Positions 41,707 to 52,264 are shown, numbered from the stretch's first letter. The stretch: 64,000 bases of DNA from Bacteroidia bacterium (GCA_050186075.1 JBFWYU010000012.1:41420-105419); one strand, 5' to 3'. The notes: generated from the sequence alone by a model not told the origin. A program made the numbers and translations.

Positions 41707-43236
41707 ATGAACCGCGAAGAACTTTTTAAAAACATTATCGGCCATGCAAAAGAGTATGGTTTCATTTTTCAATCGAGCGAAATTTATGACGGACTAAGTG
41801 CTGTATATGATTACGGTCAGAACGGTGCCGAGTTGAAACGGAATATCCGCGAGTATTGGTGGAAGTCGATGGTGCAGATGAACGAAAATATTGTGGGCAT
41901 TGATGCTGCTATTTTCATGCATCCTACAACCTGGAAAGCTTCTGGACACGTTGATGCCTTTAACGATCCGCTGATTGATAATAAAGACAGCAAAAAACGT
42001 TACCGTGCTGATGTGTTGATTGAAGATTTTGTAGCAAAGATCGAAGACAAGATAAATAAGGAAGTTGAGAAAGCTGCTAAACGCTTTGAAAATTTTAATG
42101 CGGAGATGTTCATCAGCACCAACCCACGCGTGGTAGAATACAAAACAAAAATTGATGACATCAAAAAACGTTTTGTTACCGCTATGGAAACAGATAATCT
42201 GGCTGATGTAAAACAACTGATTATTGATTTAGAAATCGCCTGCCCTATTTCGGGAACCCGCAACTGGACGGATGTTCGTCAGTTCAACCTGATGTTCTCA
42301 ACCGAGATGGGTTCAACTGCTGACGGAGCAAGTACCATTTATCTGCGACCTGAAACTGCACAAGGAATTTTTGTAAATTTTCTCAACGTGCAGAAAACCG
42401 GAAGAATGAAAATCCCTTTCGGTATTGCACAGACAGGTAAGGCATTCCGAAACGAAATAGTGGCTCGTCAATTTATTTTCCGTATGCGCGAATTTGAACA
42501 GATGGAAATGCAATTTTTTGTTCGTCCGGGTACACAGAAAGAATGGTTTTCACACTGGAAAGAGCGCAGAATGAAATGGCATAATTCACTGGGGTTTCCT
42601 GATACGATGTATCGTTTTCATGAACATGCTAAGCTGGCACACTATGCAGATGCGGCATTTGATATTGAGTTTGATTTCCCTTTCGGATTTAAAGAATTGG
42701 AAGGAATTCACTCGCGCACCGATTTTGATTTGAAATCGCATGAGAAATTCAGCGGAAAAAAATTGCAATACTTTGACCCGGAATTGAACGAGAATTATGT
42801 TCCGTATGTTGTTGAAACTTCTATCGGACTTGACCGCACATTCCTTGCAGTGCTCTCTGCTTCTTACAAAGAAGAGAAACTGGAAGATGGTTCAGAGCGT
42901 GTTGTGTTAAATATTCCTGATTTTTTAGCGCCTGTAAAAGTTGCTGTATTCCCGTTATTGAACAAAGATGGATTACCTGAAAAAGCGCGTGAGATTTTTG
43001 ACAAACTGAAAATTGATCATGTAGTTCGGTATGAAGAAAAAGATACCATCGGAAAACGCTACCGCAGGCAGGATGCAATCGGAACACCTTTTTGCATTAC
43101 AGTTGACCACGACACGTTAAATGATAATCAGGTAACACTTCGTTACCGCGACACCATGAAGCAGGAGCGCGTGTCAATAGATAATCTTTCTAAGATTGTA
43201 GAAGATAAGGTAAGTCTGAGAAAAGTGCTTGCTTAA
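41707..43236 (+). CDS. glyQS: Glycine--tRNA ligase (dimeric class II type)
   Basis: FIFQSSEIYDGLSAVYDYGQNGAELKRNI, RPETAQGIFVNF, GKAFRNEIVARQFIFRMREFEQMEMQFF and GLDRTFLAVL. Confidence 0.9.
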   Translation: MNREELFKNIIGHAKEYGFIFQSSEIYDGLSAVYDYGQNGAELKRNIREYWWKSMVQMNENIVGIDAAIFMHPTTWKASGHVDAFNDPLIDNKDSKKRYRADVLIEDFVAKIEDKINKEVEKAAKRFENFNAEMFISTNPRVVEYKTKIDDIKKRFVTAMETDNLADVKQLIIDLEIACPISGTRNWTDVRQFNLMFSTEMGSTADGASTIYLRPETAQGIFVNFLNVQKTGRMKIPFGIAQTGKAFRNEIVARQFIFRMREFEQMEMQFFVRPGTQKEWFSHWKERRMKWHNSLGFPDTMYRFHEHAKLAHYADAAFDIEFDFPFGFKELEGIHSRTDFDLKSHEKFSGKKLQYFDPELNENYVPYVVETSIGLDRTFLAVLSASYKEEKLEDGSERVVLNIPDFLAPVKVAVFPLLNKDGLPEKAREIFDKLKIDHVVRYEEKDTIGKRYRRQDAIGTPFCITVDHDTLNDNQVTLRYRDTMKQERVSIDNLSKIVEDKVSLRKVLA

Positions 43237-43245
43237 GGAGCGTAG

Positions 43246-44229
43246 TTATTTTTGGATATACATTACCTCTTTCACAGCCTTAATTACCTTTTCAGCAGTA
43301 GGTAAAAATTCGGCTACAAGTGTTGGTGCATAGGCCAAAGGAACATCCTGTGTCATTATTCTTATTACGGGAGCATCCAGATAATCAAATGCATCTTTCT
43401 GAACTTTGAATGCAACTTCAGTTGCAATAGAACCCAACGGCCAGGCTTCTTCAACAATCACCAGACGATTCGTTTTCTTTACTGAACTTATTACCGTTGC
43501 ATAGTCAATCGGGCGCACAGTGCGCAGGTCTATTACCTCCATTTCAATACCGTCTTTTGCTAATTCTTCTGCAGCTTTAAAAACTGTTTTTATAATTTTT
43601 CCGAACGACACAACGGTTACATGTTTCCCTTCGCGCTTAACATCTGCAACCCCGATTGGAATAAGATATTCACTTTCGGGAACTCCTCCCTTGTCGCCAT
43701 ACATTTGTTCCGATTCCATGAAAATTACAGGGTCGTTATCGCGAATGGCAGACTTGAGCAATCCCTTTGCATCATAAGGATTAGAAGGCACAATCACTTT
43801 TAATCCAGGGCAGTTTGCATACCAGCTTTCATAAGCCTGTGAGTGTTGTGCGCCTAGTTGTCCTGCAGAGGCGGTTGGTCCGCGAAAAACAATAGGAACA
43901 CCAAATTGTCCGCCTGACATAGATTTCATTTTTGCAGCAGAATTAATCACTTGGTCGATTGCGACAAGTGAAAAATTAAAGGTCATAAACTCAATGATGG
44001 GACGTAAGCCATTCATGGCAGCGCCCACACCAATACCTGCAAAACCAAGTTCAGAAATAGGAGTATCTATCACACGCTCGGGACCAAATTCAGCTAACAT
44101 TCCTTGACTTGCTTTGTAAGCGCCATCGTATTCCGCCACTTCTTCACCCATCAGGAATACATTTTTATCCCTGCGCATCTCCTCGCTCATGGCTTCTTTT
44201 ACTGCTTCACGAAATTGTATCTCTCTCAT
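43246..44229 (-). CDS. pdhB: Pyruvate dehydrogenase E1 component, beta subunit
   Basis: MREIQFREAVKEAMSEEMRRDKNVFLMGEEVAEYDGAYK...VIDTPISELGFAGIGVGAAMNGLRPIIEFMTFNFS. Confidence 0.9.
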   Translation of the reverse strand: MREIQFREAVKEAMSEEMRRDKNVFLMGEEVAEYDGAYKASQGMLAEFGPERVIDTPISELGFAGIGVGAAMNGLRPIIEFMTFNFSLVAIDQVINSAAKMKSMSGGQFGVPIVFRGPTASAGQLGAQHSQAYESWYANCPGLKVIVPSNPYDAKGLLKSAIRDNDPVIFMESEQMYGDKGGVPESEYLIPIGVADVKREGKHVTVVSFGKIIKTVFKAAEELAKDGIEMEVIDLRTVRPIDYATVISSVKKTNRLVIVEEAWPLGSIATEVAFKVQKDAFDYLDAPVIRIMTQDVPLAYAPTLVAEFLPTAEKVIKAVKEVMYIQK

Positions 44230-44264
44230 CTTTTGATTTTTTGAACGCTCAAAAATAACAAATA

Positions 44265-44861
44265 CTAAAACAATGTCGGCTGCAACGGCACAACCTTAAA
44301 ACTCTTGCGGTGAATAATTGATTCTCCGTATTGTTCAATGGCCATGCGATGTTTCAGTGTTCCGTAACCTTTATTTTTCTTCCATTGGTACTGCGGAAAT
44401 TCTTCATCCATCTTCAGCATGTATTCATCACGATGCGTTTTTGCAAGAATGGAAGCGGCAGCTATTGACATGTATTTTCCGTCACCTTTAACAATGCACT
44501 TGAACGGAATGTCTTTGTATTTCTTAAAACGGTTGCCATCAATCAGTAATAGTTGCGGAGCTTTTTTCAGTTGCTCTATCGCACGGTGCATGGCAAGATA
44601 AGAAGCGTTTAGAATATTTATTTTGTCAATTTCTTCATGTGTTGCAATGCCTACAGCCCATGCCAGTGCTTCCTTTTCTATAATCGGACGCAACTCTTCT
44701 CTTTTCTTTTCACTCAGTTGTTTGGAGTCATTCAGCAATTCTGATTTGAATTTTTTCGGAAGTATAACTGCAGCTGCAAATACAGGCCCTGCAAGGCAAC
44801 CCCGTCCGGCTTCATCCACTCCGGCTTCAATCAGTTTGTTCTGAAATCGCAGTTCAAGCAT
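44265..44861 (-). CDS. rnhB: Ribonuclease HII
   Basis: [33 protein letters not shown] and [14 protein letters not shown]. Confidence 0.9.
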   Translation of the reverse strand: MLELRFQNKLIEAGVDEAGRGCLAGPVFAAAVILPKKFKSELLNDSKQLSEKKREELRPIIEKEALAWAVGIATHEEIDKINILNASYLAMHRAIEQLKKAPQLLLIDGNRFKKYKDIPFKCIVKGDGKYMSIAAASILAKTHRDEYMLKMDEEFPQYQWKKNKGYGTLKHRMAIEQYGESIIHRKSFKVVPLQPTLF

Positions 44862-46125
44862 TTAGTATCCTTTGCAGTTCATTCCCGAATTTCCACAAAT
44901 CTTCAAACGAATTATAGAGTGGGGCAGGAGCTAAGCGAATCACATCAGGGTTACGCCAGTCAGTTATAATTCCTGCTTTTAAAAGTTGTTCGTGAATTTG
45001 TTTTCCGTTCTCTGAAAACACGAGTGATAATTGGCAGCCGCGTTGATTTTTGTCACGTGGGGTAAGTATTTTTATGGTTCCTTTCTGCTTGTTTATTTCA
45101 TCAACAATAAACTCCAGATAAGCAGTCAATTTCTCGCTTTTCTCTCGCAGGTTTTCAATACCGGCTTCATCAAAAATATCTAAAGATGTTTTGTGAACAG
45201 CCATGGAAAATACAGGTGCATTGCTCAGTTGCCAGCCATCAGCACCAACAGCAGGAACAAATCCTTTTTCCATTTTAAAACGTGTATCGGGATTGTTGCC
45301 CCACCAACCTGCAAAACGAGGTAGTTCCGGGTTGTTGCCATGTTTTTCATGTACAAAAATTCCTGCCACACTTCCCGGTCCTGAGTTCAGGTATTTATAG
45401 CTGCACCAACAGGCAAAATCAACCTTCCAGTCGTGCAGGTTCATCACCAGATTTCCCATTGCATGTGCTAAGTCAAACCCTGCAAGTGCCCCAACTTTAT
45501 GCGCAGCCTCAGTAATGTTTTTCATATCAAATGCCTGCCCGGTATAATAATTCACCCCACCAATCATTACCAAGGCAAGTTCCTCATTCAGATCTTCAAT
45601 CTTTGCAAGAATATCTTCTGTGCGCAGAATAAATTCTCCTGCTCTCGGCTTCAGTTCTACGATAGCTTCATCCGGATTATATCCATGAAATCTCACTTGT
45701 GATTCTAAAGCATACTGGTCAGAAGCAAACGGTTTTTCTTCACACAGAATTTTAAAACGTTTTGCTGTGGGACGATAAAACGAAACCATCAGCAAATGAA
45801 GATTATTGGTCAGTGAACCCAATGCGCAAACTTCCGAAGGCTTTGCCCCTACAAGTTTAGCAAGTGGTTTGTCAAACATCTTTTCATAAGAAAACCAAGG
45901 GTTTTTTGCGTGAAAATGTCCTTCTACTGCAAATTGTGCCCAGTCGCTTAACTCCTGTTGCAAGGCTGCTGAAGCAGTTTTGGGTTGCAATCCCAAAGAA
46001 TTTCCGCAGAAATAAACTGCTTCTTTTCCATTCAGTTGGGGAAAGAAAAATTTATTTCTGAAAGTTGAAAGTTTATCTGCTTTGTCCTGCGACTGTGCAA
46101 ATTCAAGGGTATTGTTAAAGTTCAT
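44854..46125 (-). CDS. kynU: Kynureninase
   Basis: [21 protein letters not shown] and the [15 protein letters not shown]-lysine block. 423 aa. 8-nt overlap with rnhB. Confidence 0.85.
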   Translation of the reverse strand: MNFNNTLEFAQSQDKADKLSTFRNKFFFPQLNGKEAVYFCGNSLGLQPKTASAALQQELSDWAQFAVEGHFHAKNPWFSYEKMFDKPLAKLVGAKPSEVCALGSLTNNLHLLMVSFYRPTAKRFKILCEEKPFASDQYALESQVRFHGYNPDEAIVELKPRAGEFILRTEDILAKIEDLNEELALVMIGGVNYYTGQAFDMKNITEAAHKVGALAGFDLAHAMGNLVMNLHDWKVDFACWCSYKYLNSGPGSVAGIFVHEKHGNNPELPRFAGWWGNNPDTRFKMEKGFVPAVGADGWQLSNAPVFSMAVHKTSLDIFDEAGIENLREKSEKLTAYLEFIVDEINKQKGTIKILTPRDKNQRGCQLSLVFSENGKQIHEQLLKAGIITDWRNPDVIRLAPAPLYNSFEDLWKFGNELQRILNA

Positions 46126-46213
46126 ATTCTTTGCGCTTTTGCGCCTTTGCGTGAAATTTTACTCGTGCCCAAAGGTATAAATTACCCTATATTCGCAAAG
46201 CAATTTTGAAGGT

Positions 46214-47506
46214 ATGAAAAGAGAAAAATCAGAACAATTATTTGTAAAGGCAAAGCAATATTTTCCGGGCGGTGTAAACTCACCTGTGCGCGCATTCCGC
46301 TCTGTTGGAGGAACTCCGTTATTTATTCAGAAAGGAGATGGCAGCCGTATTTGGGATGCTGACGGAAATGAGTTTATTGATTTCTGTTGCTCATGGGGAC
46401 CATTGATTTTAGGGCATAATAATTCGCAGGTAAGAAATGCAGTAATTGCTGCTGTTCAAAACGGAACTTCATTTGGTGCACCAACAGAGAAAGAAAATGA
46501 ACTAGCAGAATTGATTTTAGCTAACAACAAATTTGTTGAGAAAATCAGGTTTGTAAGCTCCGGTACTGAAGCCGTGATGAGCGCCATTCGTCTTGCCCGT
46601 GGGTTTACAGGCAGAAACAAGATTTTAAAGTTTGAAGGTTGTTATCACGGGCATGTTGACTCAATGCTGGTGAAAGCAGGCTCAGGTTTGGTTACCTTCG
46701 GAACAAGCTCTTCTGCCGGTGTTCCTGAATCATTTGTGAACGATACCATTGTTGTTCCACTCAATAATATTGAAGCGGTAAAAAAAGCATTTGAAGAATT
46801 TAAAGACCAGATTGCTGCCGTAATCATTGAACCGGTCCCAGCCAATAACGGCTTGTTGTTACAAACAAAAGAATATCTGCAACAATTAAGAACCATTTGC
46901 ACCGAAAATAAAACACTTTTGCATTTTGATGAAGTGATCTCAGGCTTCCGGCTTGGCTTTGAAGGTGCTGCCGGCTATTACGGAATACAACCCGACATTA
47001 TCACTTACGGAAAAATAATCGGTGGTGGTTTGCCCGTTGGAATGTATGGAGCAAGTAAAGAAATCATGGCAAAAATTTCTCCCGATGGTGATGTGTATCA
47101 GGCAGGAACTTTATCAGGAAATCCGGTCGCAATGGCTGCTGGTATAGCTCAACTGACAGAATGTTTGAAAACAGGATTCTATTCTTCGCTTGAAGCAAAA
47201 ACAAAAAAACTTTGCGCTGCTGTTGAATCTCATGCACATTCAAAAGGCTATGAATACAGGATGTTCAACATCGCTTCTATATTCTGGCCGGTATTTACAA
47301 CACAGGATAACATCCGCAGTGCCGATGAAATTGATGCGGCAAGCATGAATAGATTCCGTGTGTTTCATGCTGAATTATTGGAGAACGGTATTTACCTCGG
47401 ACCGTCTGGTTATGAGGTTGGGTTTATTTCCGAAGCACATACCGAAGCAGATATTGATAAAACGATTGTTGCAATGTGTGATGCTTTAGACAAAGTTTTC
47501 GCATAA
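46214..47506 (+). CDS. hemL: Glutamate-1-semialdehyde 2,1-aminomutase
   Basis: FPGGVNSPVRAFRSVGG, FDEVISGFR and YGKIIGGGLPVG. Confidence 0.9.
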   Translation: MKREKSEQLFVKAKQYFPGGVNSPVRAFRSVGGTPLFIQKGDGSRIWDADGNEFIDFCCSWGPLILGHNNSQVRNAVIAAVQNGTSFGAPTEKENELAELILANNKFVEKIRFVSSGTEAVMSAIRLARGFTGRNKILKFEGCYHGHVDSMLVKAGSGLVTFGTSSSAGVPESFVNDTIVVPLNNIEAVKKAFEEFKDQIAAVIIEPVPANNGLLLQTKEYLQQLRTICTENKTLLHFDEVISGFRLGFEGAAGYYGIQPDIITYGKIIGGGLPVGMYGASKEIMAKISPDGDVYQAGTLSGNPVAMAAGIAQLTECLKTGFYSSLEAKTKKLCAAVESHAHSKGYEYRMFNIASIFWPVFTTQDNIRSADEIDAASMNRFRVFHAELLENGIYLGPSGYEVGFISEAHTEADIDKTIVAMCDALDKVFA

Positions 47507-47516
47507 TAAAATTACT

Positions 47517-49046
47517 ATGCAGGAATACGATGTGGTCATAATCGGAAGCGGGCTGGGAGGCTTGCTCTGCGCCAATATTCTTGCTGAAGAAGGTTACAAA
47601 GTGTGTGTGCTGGAAAAGAATCAGCAGATTGGCGGCAATCTGCAAACCTTTGTTCGCGACCGGGTTATTTTTGATACAGGTGTACATTACCTCGGTGGTC
47701 TGGCTGAAGGTGAAAACCTGAATCGTTTTTTCAACTATTTCGGCATTATGGATAAGTTGAAATTGGAGAAGATGGACGAAAACGGTTTTGACATTGTTAC
47801 ATTTGATGGAGATAACAATGAATATCCGTATGCACAGGGCTATGAGAATTTCATTCGTATTCTGTCACAAAAATTTCCGGATGAAGAAAAAAGCATTAGA
47901 AAATACTGCGATGAAATAAGAAGGGTTTGCAGCCGTTTTCCCTTATATAACTTGCAAAACGGAGAGAGCTATCATTCTGATACCGAGCTGTTGCAGACCA
48001 ATGCAAAAGATTTTATCGCCTCACTCACAAAAAATGAAAAGCTTAGAAGCGTATTGGCAGGAACAAATTTGCTGTATGCAGGAATAGGGGAGAAGACACC
48101 ATTTTATCTTCATGCCCTGGTGCTGAACAGTTACATCGAAAGTGCATGGCGTTGCGTTGGAGGTGGTTCACAGATTGCCAAACTGATTGCAAAAAACATC
48201 CGGAAGTTTGGCGGAGACATTTTTAAACGCAGTAAAGTACAACAACTGAAATTTGAAGGAGAAGATTTGCGTTATGCCGAACTCTCGAACGGGAAAACAA
48301 TAAAAGCAAAACAATTTATTTCCAATGCACATCCTTCGGTAACACTTGATTTGCTTGAACCCGGAAAAATCCGCAAGTCATATCACACACGATTCAAATC
48401 GTTGGAGAATTCAGCTTCTGCATTCACACTCTATCTTGTTTTTAAAGAAAATACGGTCAACTATATTAACCACAATTACTACCATTTTAAGAAAAATGAT
48501 GTGTGGGCTCCGGTTGATTACAAGCAGGGTGAGTGGCCTTTGAGTTATGGAACGTTCATGGTTGCTGGATTGAAGCCCGGTAAATATGCAGAAGGAATGG
48601 CTGTCCTTACCTACATGAAATACGATGAAGTGAAGCAATGGGAAAACACGGCAAGCACCGTTGCAAATCCTGATTTCAGAGGTGAAGAGTATGAAGAATT
48701 TAAACGTCAGAAATCAGAAGTTCTTATTGATGAACTGGAGAAAAAATTCCCGGGAATTCGTGAGAATATAAAAGCGTATTACAGTTCAACTCCTCTTACG
48801 TACCGTGATTACATTGCATCTCCCGGTGGCTCTATGTATGGAATAGTGAAAGATTGTTTTGATCCCTTGAAAACACTTGTTCCTGCCAGAACTAAAGTGA
48901 AAAATCTTTTTTTTACCGGACAGAATTTGCATTTTCACGGTGTGTTAGGTGTCACAGTAAGTGCCTTTGTTACCTGTTCCGAAATACTCGGTTTAGATTA
49001 TTTATTAGATAAAATTGCACAGAAAGAAGCCACATCAAATAAATAG
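47517..49046 (+). CDS. NAD(P)/FAD-dependent oxidoreductase, phytoene-desaturase (CrtI)-like family
   Basis: YDVVIIGSGLGGLLCANILAEEGYKVCVLEKNQQIGGN dinucleotide-binding N-terminus. 509 aa. Confidence 0.7.
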   Translation: MQEYDVVIIGSGLGGLLCANILAEEGYKVCVLEKNQQIGGNLQTFVRDRVIFDTGVHYLGGLAEGENLNRFFNYFGIMDKLKLEKMDENGFDIVTFDGDNNEYPYAQGYENFIRILSQKFPDEEKSIRKYCDEIRRVCSRFPLYNLQNGESYHSDTELLQTNAKDFIASLTKNEKLRSVLAGTNLLYAGIGEKTPFYLHALVLNSYIESAWRCVGGGSQIAKLIAKNIRKFGGDIFKRSKVQQLKFEGEDLRYAELSNGKTIKAKQFISNAHPSVTLDLLEPGKIRKSYHTRFKSLENSASAFTLYLVFKENTVNYINHNYYHFKKNDVWAPVDYKQGEWPLSYGTFMVAGLKPGKYAEGMAVLTYMKYDEVKQWENTASTVANPDFRGEEYEEFKRQKSEVLIDELEKKFPGIRENIKAYYSSTPLTYRDYIASPGGSMYGIVKDCFDPLKTLVPARTKVKNLFFTGQNLHFHGVLGVTVSAFVTCSEILGLDYLLDKIAQKEATSNK

Positions 49047-49049
49047 AAG

Positions 49050-49658
49050 ATGCCTGTTTTCTTAGATGGTTTTTTAGTCGGACTTGCCCTTGTAATCCTT
49101 ATTGGACCTGTGTTTTTTACCTTGCTGAAAACATCCTTGCAACATGGTGTTGTTGCAGGCAGCTTAGTTGCTTTAGGAATTTTTGTCAGCGACATACTTG
49201 CTGTGTTGCTTTGTGTTTATGGTGCTTCAGCGTTTTTAAAAAGTGATGAGAGCAGATTTTATCTTGCCCTTGTTGGCGGTGTAGTTCTTATAGCACTTGG
49301 TGTACGTTATTTCTTGAAAAAGAAAAAAGTCGATGAAGAAGCAATTCAGTTGAATGCAAAACACTACATCGGTTTTTTCAGCAAAGGTTTTCTTGTAAAT
49401 TTTATAAATCCATTTGTATTTGCGGTGTGGATTGGCATTATAAAAGTAGCAGGTGATAAACACGGCTTTGATAATGACCTTGCCCTCTATCTTGCAGGAA
49501 CCTTGCTTGCCATTTTTAGTACAGATATGACAAAAGTTTTTCTTGCTTCCAAAATCAAAAGCATCTTAAAGCCCGAAATCCTTTTTGTGCTTTACAAAAT
49601 AATTGGCGTTTGCCTTGTTTTGCTGGGACTGCGGTTATTCTACGTTGCCTTTAGTTGA
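49050..49658 (+). CDS. LysE family amino-acid translocator
   Basis: FLDGFLVGLALVILIGPVFFTLLKTSLQHG. About 6 TM segments, 202 aa. Confidence 0.7.
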   Translation: MPVFLDGFLVGLALVILIGPVFFTLLKTSLQHGVVAGSLVALGIFVSDILAVLLCVYGASAFLKSDESRFYLALVGGVVLIALGVRYFLKKKKVDEEAIQLNAKHYIGFFSKGFLVNFINPFVFAVWIGIIKVAGDKHGFDNDLALYLAGTLLAIFSTDMTKVFLASKIKSILKPEILFVLYKIIGVCLVLLGLRLFYVAFS

Positions 49659-49667
49659 ACAGACCAC

Positions 49668-50039
49668 TTAAGGAATATACAACAACACATCGTTGTTATC
49701 CTTAGAAGCCTTTTTGAATTCTGCATCTGCAGTAAGAAGTGGAATATTGTTTATTTGTGCAGCCGCAAGCACAATGCTGTCAGCAAGTTTCATCCTGAAA
49801 CGCCTTCCATTTAATATAGCTTGCTTTTTTACTGCACTGTTCATCTCAATAATAATGCATTCCTTCAACAGTGCTTCAATTGCTTTCAGTTCCTGAGCTT
49901 CTACATTAGGCTTCATCAGTAACTCCATTTCATTTACAAATGAAATATACCAAGTCTTCTCCTCCAACATGTCGCGGACAGTCTTATCTCCATGCAGTAA
50001 ATAAATAAGAATGTTTGTGTCGAGCAGAATATTATTCAT
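49668..50039 (-). CDS. vapC: PIN-domain toxin (VapC-like) of a type II toxin-antitoxin pair
   Basis: MNNILLDTNILIYLLHGD (first acidic PIN residue), ...ISFVNEMEL..., LADSIVLAAAQINNIPLLTADAEF. 123 aa. Confidence 0.75.
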   Translation of the reverse strand: MNNILLDTNILIYLLHGDKTVRDMLEEKTWYISFVNEMELLMKPNVEAQELKAIEALLKECIIIEMNSAVKKQAILNGRRFRMKLADSIVLAAAQINNIPLLTADAEFKKASKDNNDVLLYIP

Positions 50040-50202
50040 CTCTCAATCTGCGTTGGTATTCTACCGGGTTTTCGGTGAACTTAACCTTACCGAAAAAGCT
50101 GTTCCATGAGCGCTTTGTTTTCTTCGTTACTTTTTTACGCAACAGTTCATCTAACTCTTTACGTAAAGATTTGCCCGATTTGTTTTTAAGAACTAATACC
50201 AT
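50032..50202 (-). CDS. Putative antitoxin (56 aa; not in the ORF track because it is under 60 aa)
   Basis: Hand translation of the minus strand gives MVLVLKNKSGKSLRKELDELLRKKVTKKTKRSWNSFFGKVKFTENPVEYQRRLRDE*. Its stop overlaps the vapC start by 8 nt (AGAGATGAATAA). Family not recognised; the call rests on position and overlap. Confidence 0.45.
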   Translation of the reverse strand: MVLVLKNKSGKSLRKELDELLRKKVTKKTKRSWNSFFGKVKFTENPVEYQRRLRDE

Positions 50203-50265
50203 GATTCTTGATTTAGTAAGAACAAATATACTAAAGAAAGTTTGGTTTTTAAATCACATCTATAG

Positions 50266-51036
50266 TTAAATAATCCCTGCCCCCAATGCAATTGCAAACA
50301 CAATCAGCATCACTGCAACAAAGAGTTGCATAAATTTCAGCGTAACCTTTTTTACTAATTTATTTCCAAGATAAGCGCCTGCAAAAGCACTTACTGTACC
50401 TGCTGCAACAATGGGTAGTTCGTTTTGTGTAATACCGAAATGGTTGGTGCCGTATATCGCCAGGCGCGAGACATCCACCATGCACGCAATCACAATTCCG
50501 GTGGCTATAAAACTCTCTTTGCTCAGGCCCGAACGTATCAGAAACATAGAACGCAACGCCCCCTGATGTCCCGATAACCCGCCAAAGAATCCACTGAATA
50601 ATCCTCCTGTAATCATAAACTTTTCACCGAAGGTAATTTTTGAAAGCGCAGGAATTAAATCCAGCAGCGCAAACAAAATCATCAGTACAGCTATGATAAG
50701 TTTTACCAACACCACATCGTAAGTTTTACCGCCAAGTTCGTAACTGTAAAGCGGAGCAACATGTATCATATACGTCAGTAGCAACGCCCCGCCAATAGCC
50801 GCAATCATAGAAGGCAGCCCGAATTTCACCACCACACCTGCATTTGCATTCTTTGCCGTAAGCGTTAATTTAAACAGGTTGTTAAGAAAATGCACCACAG
50901 CTGTAATACTGATGGCCGTTTCAAGCGGAAAGAAAATTGCAAACGCAGGAAGCAGAATAGTTCCCAACCCAAATCCCGAAAAGAAAGTAAGTCCCGAGGC
51001 AAGAAAAGCAACGATACATATGATTAAGTAATCCAT
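50266..51036 (-). CDS. TauE/SafE family sulfite/anion exporter membrane protein
   Basis: 256 aa, two-fold repeated TM architecture with GFGLGTILLP and GGLSGHQGALRS motifs. Confidence 0.7.
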   Translation of the reverse strand: MDYLIICIVAFLASGLTFFSGFGLGTILLPAFAIFFPLETAISITAVVHFLNNLFKLTLTAKNANAGVVVKFGLPSMIAAIGGALLLTYMIHVAPLYSYELGGKTYDVVLVKLIIAVLMILFALLDLIPALSKITFGEKFMITGGLFSGFFGGLSGHQGALRSMFLIRSGLSKESFIATGIVIACMVDVSRLAIYGTNHFGITQNELPIVAAGTVSAFAGAYLGNKLVKKVTLKFMQLFVAVMLIVFAIALGAGII

Positions 51037-51046
51037 GTTTATTGAC

Positions 51047-51085
51047 CGTCATTGCGAGTCCGCCTCAGGCGGACGAAGCAATCTC
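51047..51085. repeat. Intergenic hairpin element CGTCATTGCGAG-TCCGCCTCAGGCGGA-CGAAGCAATCTC
   Basis: Inner stem TCCGCC/GGCGGA and outer ATTGC/GCAAT. It shares the GTCATTGCGAG...GAAGCAATCTC frame with the element at 54887-54955. Confidence 0.6.
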
Positions 51086-51129
51086 TTTTTATTGTATTCT
51101 CTGCGTCTTTGCGCCTCTGCGGTTAAACT

Positions 51130-52203
51130 TTACACCACATCATAATCCACCACCACCTTCTCCGTAAGCGGATGTGCCTGACAGGTGAGAATATATCCTT
51201 CTTCCACTTCTTTATCAGTAAGCGCAAAGTTTTTATCCATTTGCACCTTGCCTTCCAGCACTTTTGCCTTGCAGGTGCAGCACACAGCTCCCTTGCACGA
51301 GAACGGAACATCAACTCCTGCATCCATTGCAGCATCCAATATTGATTTCCCTTTTGATGAAAGCTCAAGAACGGTTTCTTCTCCGTCCATTATTACTGTT
51401 ACGCTGCTTTCCAGTTCCGCAATTTCAGGTACAGGCTGCGCTTTTGCGGCATCGGCATCTACTGTAAAATATTCAAGATGTATGCGCTCTTTTACAATTT
51501 TTAATTCAAGTAAAGTGCTCTCTACATTACGCATCATCGGGCCGGGACCGCAGATAAAAAACTCATTATCCAGATTAAGTCCCACATAATTTTCAATCAA
51601 TGCCTTCACTTTTTCGGGAAGCATAATTCCGCGGAATAAACTTCCTTCCGCTTCCAGAGAGTGTTCCAGCACATGCACCATTTTTACTCTGCTTTTATTG
51701 TCTGCAACTATCTTTTCCAGCTCCGCTTTAAAAATAATCGAAGCCTCATCCCTGTTTCCGTAAAGCAAAACAATTGTGCTCTGCGGCTCGGCAATCAACA
51801 CTGTTTTTATAATCGAAAGCATGGGCGTTATCCCGCTTCCGCCTGCAAACAATACATAATTCTTTTTGTTCCCCGCATTCATAGCACTATGAAAACTTCC
51901 CATAGGCGTCATCACTTCCAGCATATCGCCCGCTTTCAGTTGCGTGTTCAGGTAGCCCGACATTCTGCCATCTTTCACCTGCTTCACTGCCACACGCAGC
52001 GGCTCATTCACCAATGGGCTGCTGCAAACCGAATACGAGCGCCTTACTTCCTCACCGTTCAGCTTTATTTTAAGGGTAACGTATTGCCCCTGTATGTAAT
52101 TATACTCGGCCTTAACCGCCTCCGGAATATCAAATGCAATCGAAACGCAATCAGCCGTTTCGCGCCTTACCTCTGCTACTTTTAGTGTATGAAATTTTGC
52201 CAT
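51130..52203 (-). CDS. PaaE-like ferredoxin-NAD(P) reductase: FNR-like FAD/NAD domains plus a C-terminal plant-type 2Fe-2S ferredoxin domain
   Basis: MAKFHTLKVAEVRRET...RRSYSVCS (FAD-binding), LFAGGSGITPMLS (NAD-binding) and C-terminal FSCKGAVCCTCKAKVLEG...LTC Cys cluster. Start placed at ATG 52203. Confidence 0.75.
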   Translation of the reverse strand: MAKFHTLKVAEVRRETADCVSIAFDIPEAVKAEYNYIQGQYVTLKIKLNGEEVRRSYSVCSSPLVNEPLRVAVKQVKDGRMSGYLNTQLKAGDMLEVMTPMGSFHSAMNAGNKKNYVLFAGGSGITPMLSIIKTVLIAEPQSTIVLLYGNRDEASIIFKAELEKIVADNKSRVKMVHVLEHSLEAEGSLFRGIMLPEKVKALIENYVGLNLDNEFFICGPGPMMRNVESTLLELKIVKERIHLEYFTVDADAAKAQPVPEIAELESSVTVIMDGEETVLELSSKGKSILDAAMDAGVDVPFSCKGAVCCTCKAKVLEGKVQMDKNFALTDKEVEEGYILTCQAHPLTEKVVVDYDVV

Positions 52204-52264
52204 CTTCTGTTTTGTGCGCGGCAAAAATAGGATTTATGTGATAATATCATTTGAAAACAACTGT

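Noticed and set aside
51123-52185. ORFs 51123-51368 (-), 51185-51589 (+), 51264-51467 (+) and 51661-52185 (+) overlap the paaE-like gene.
   Set aside because: All are out-of-frame or antisense to a CDS with clear FNR and 2Fe-2S motifs, and they have no recognisable features of their own.
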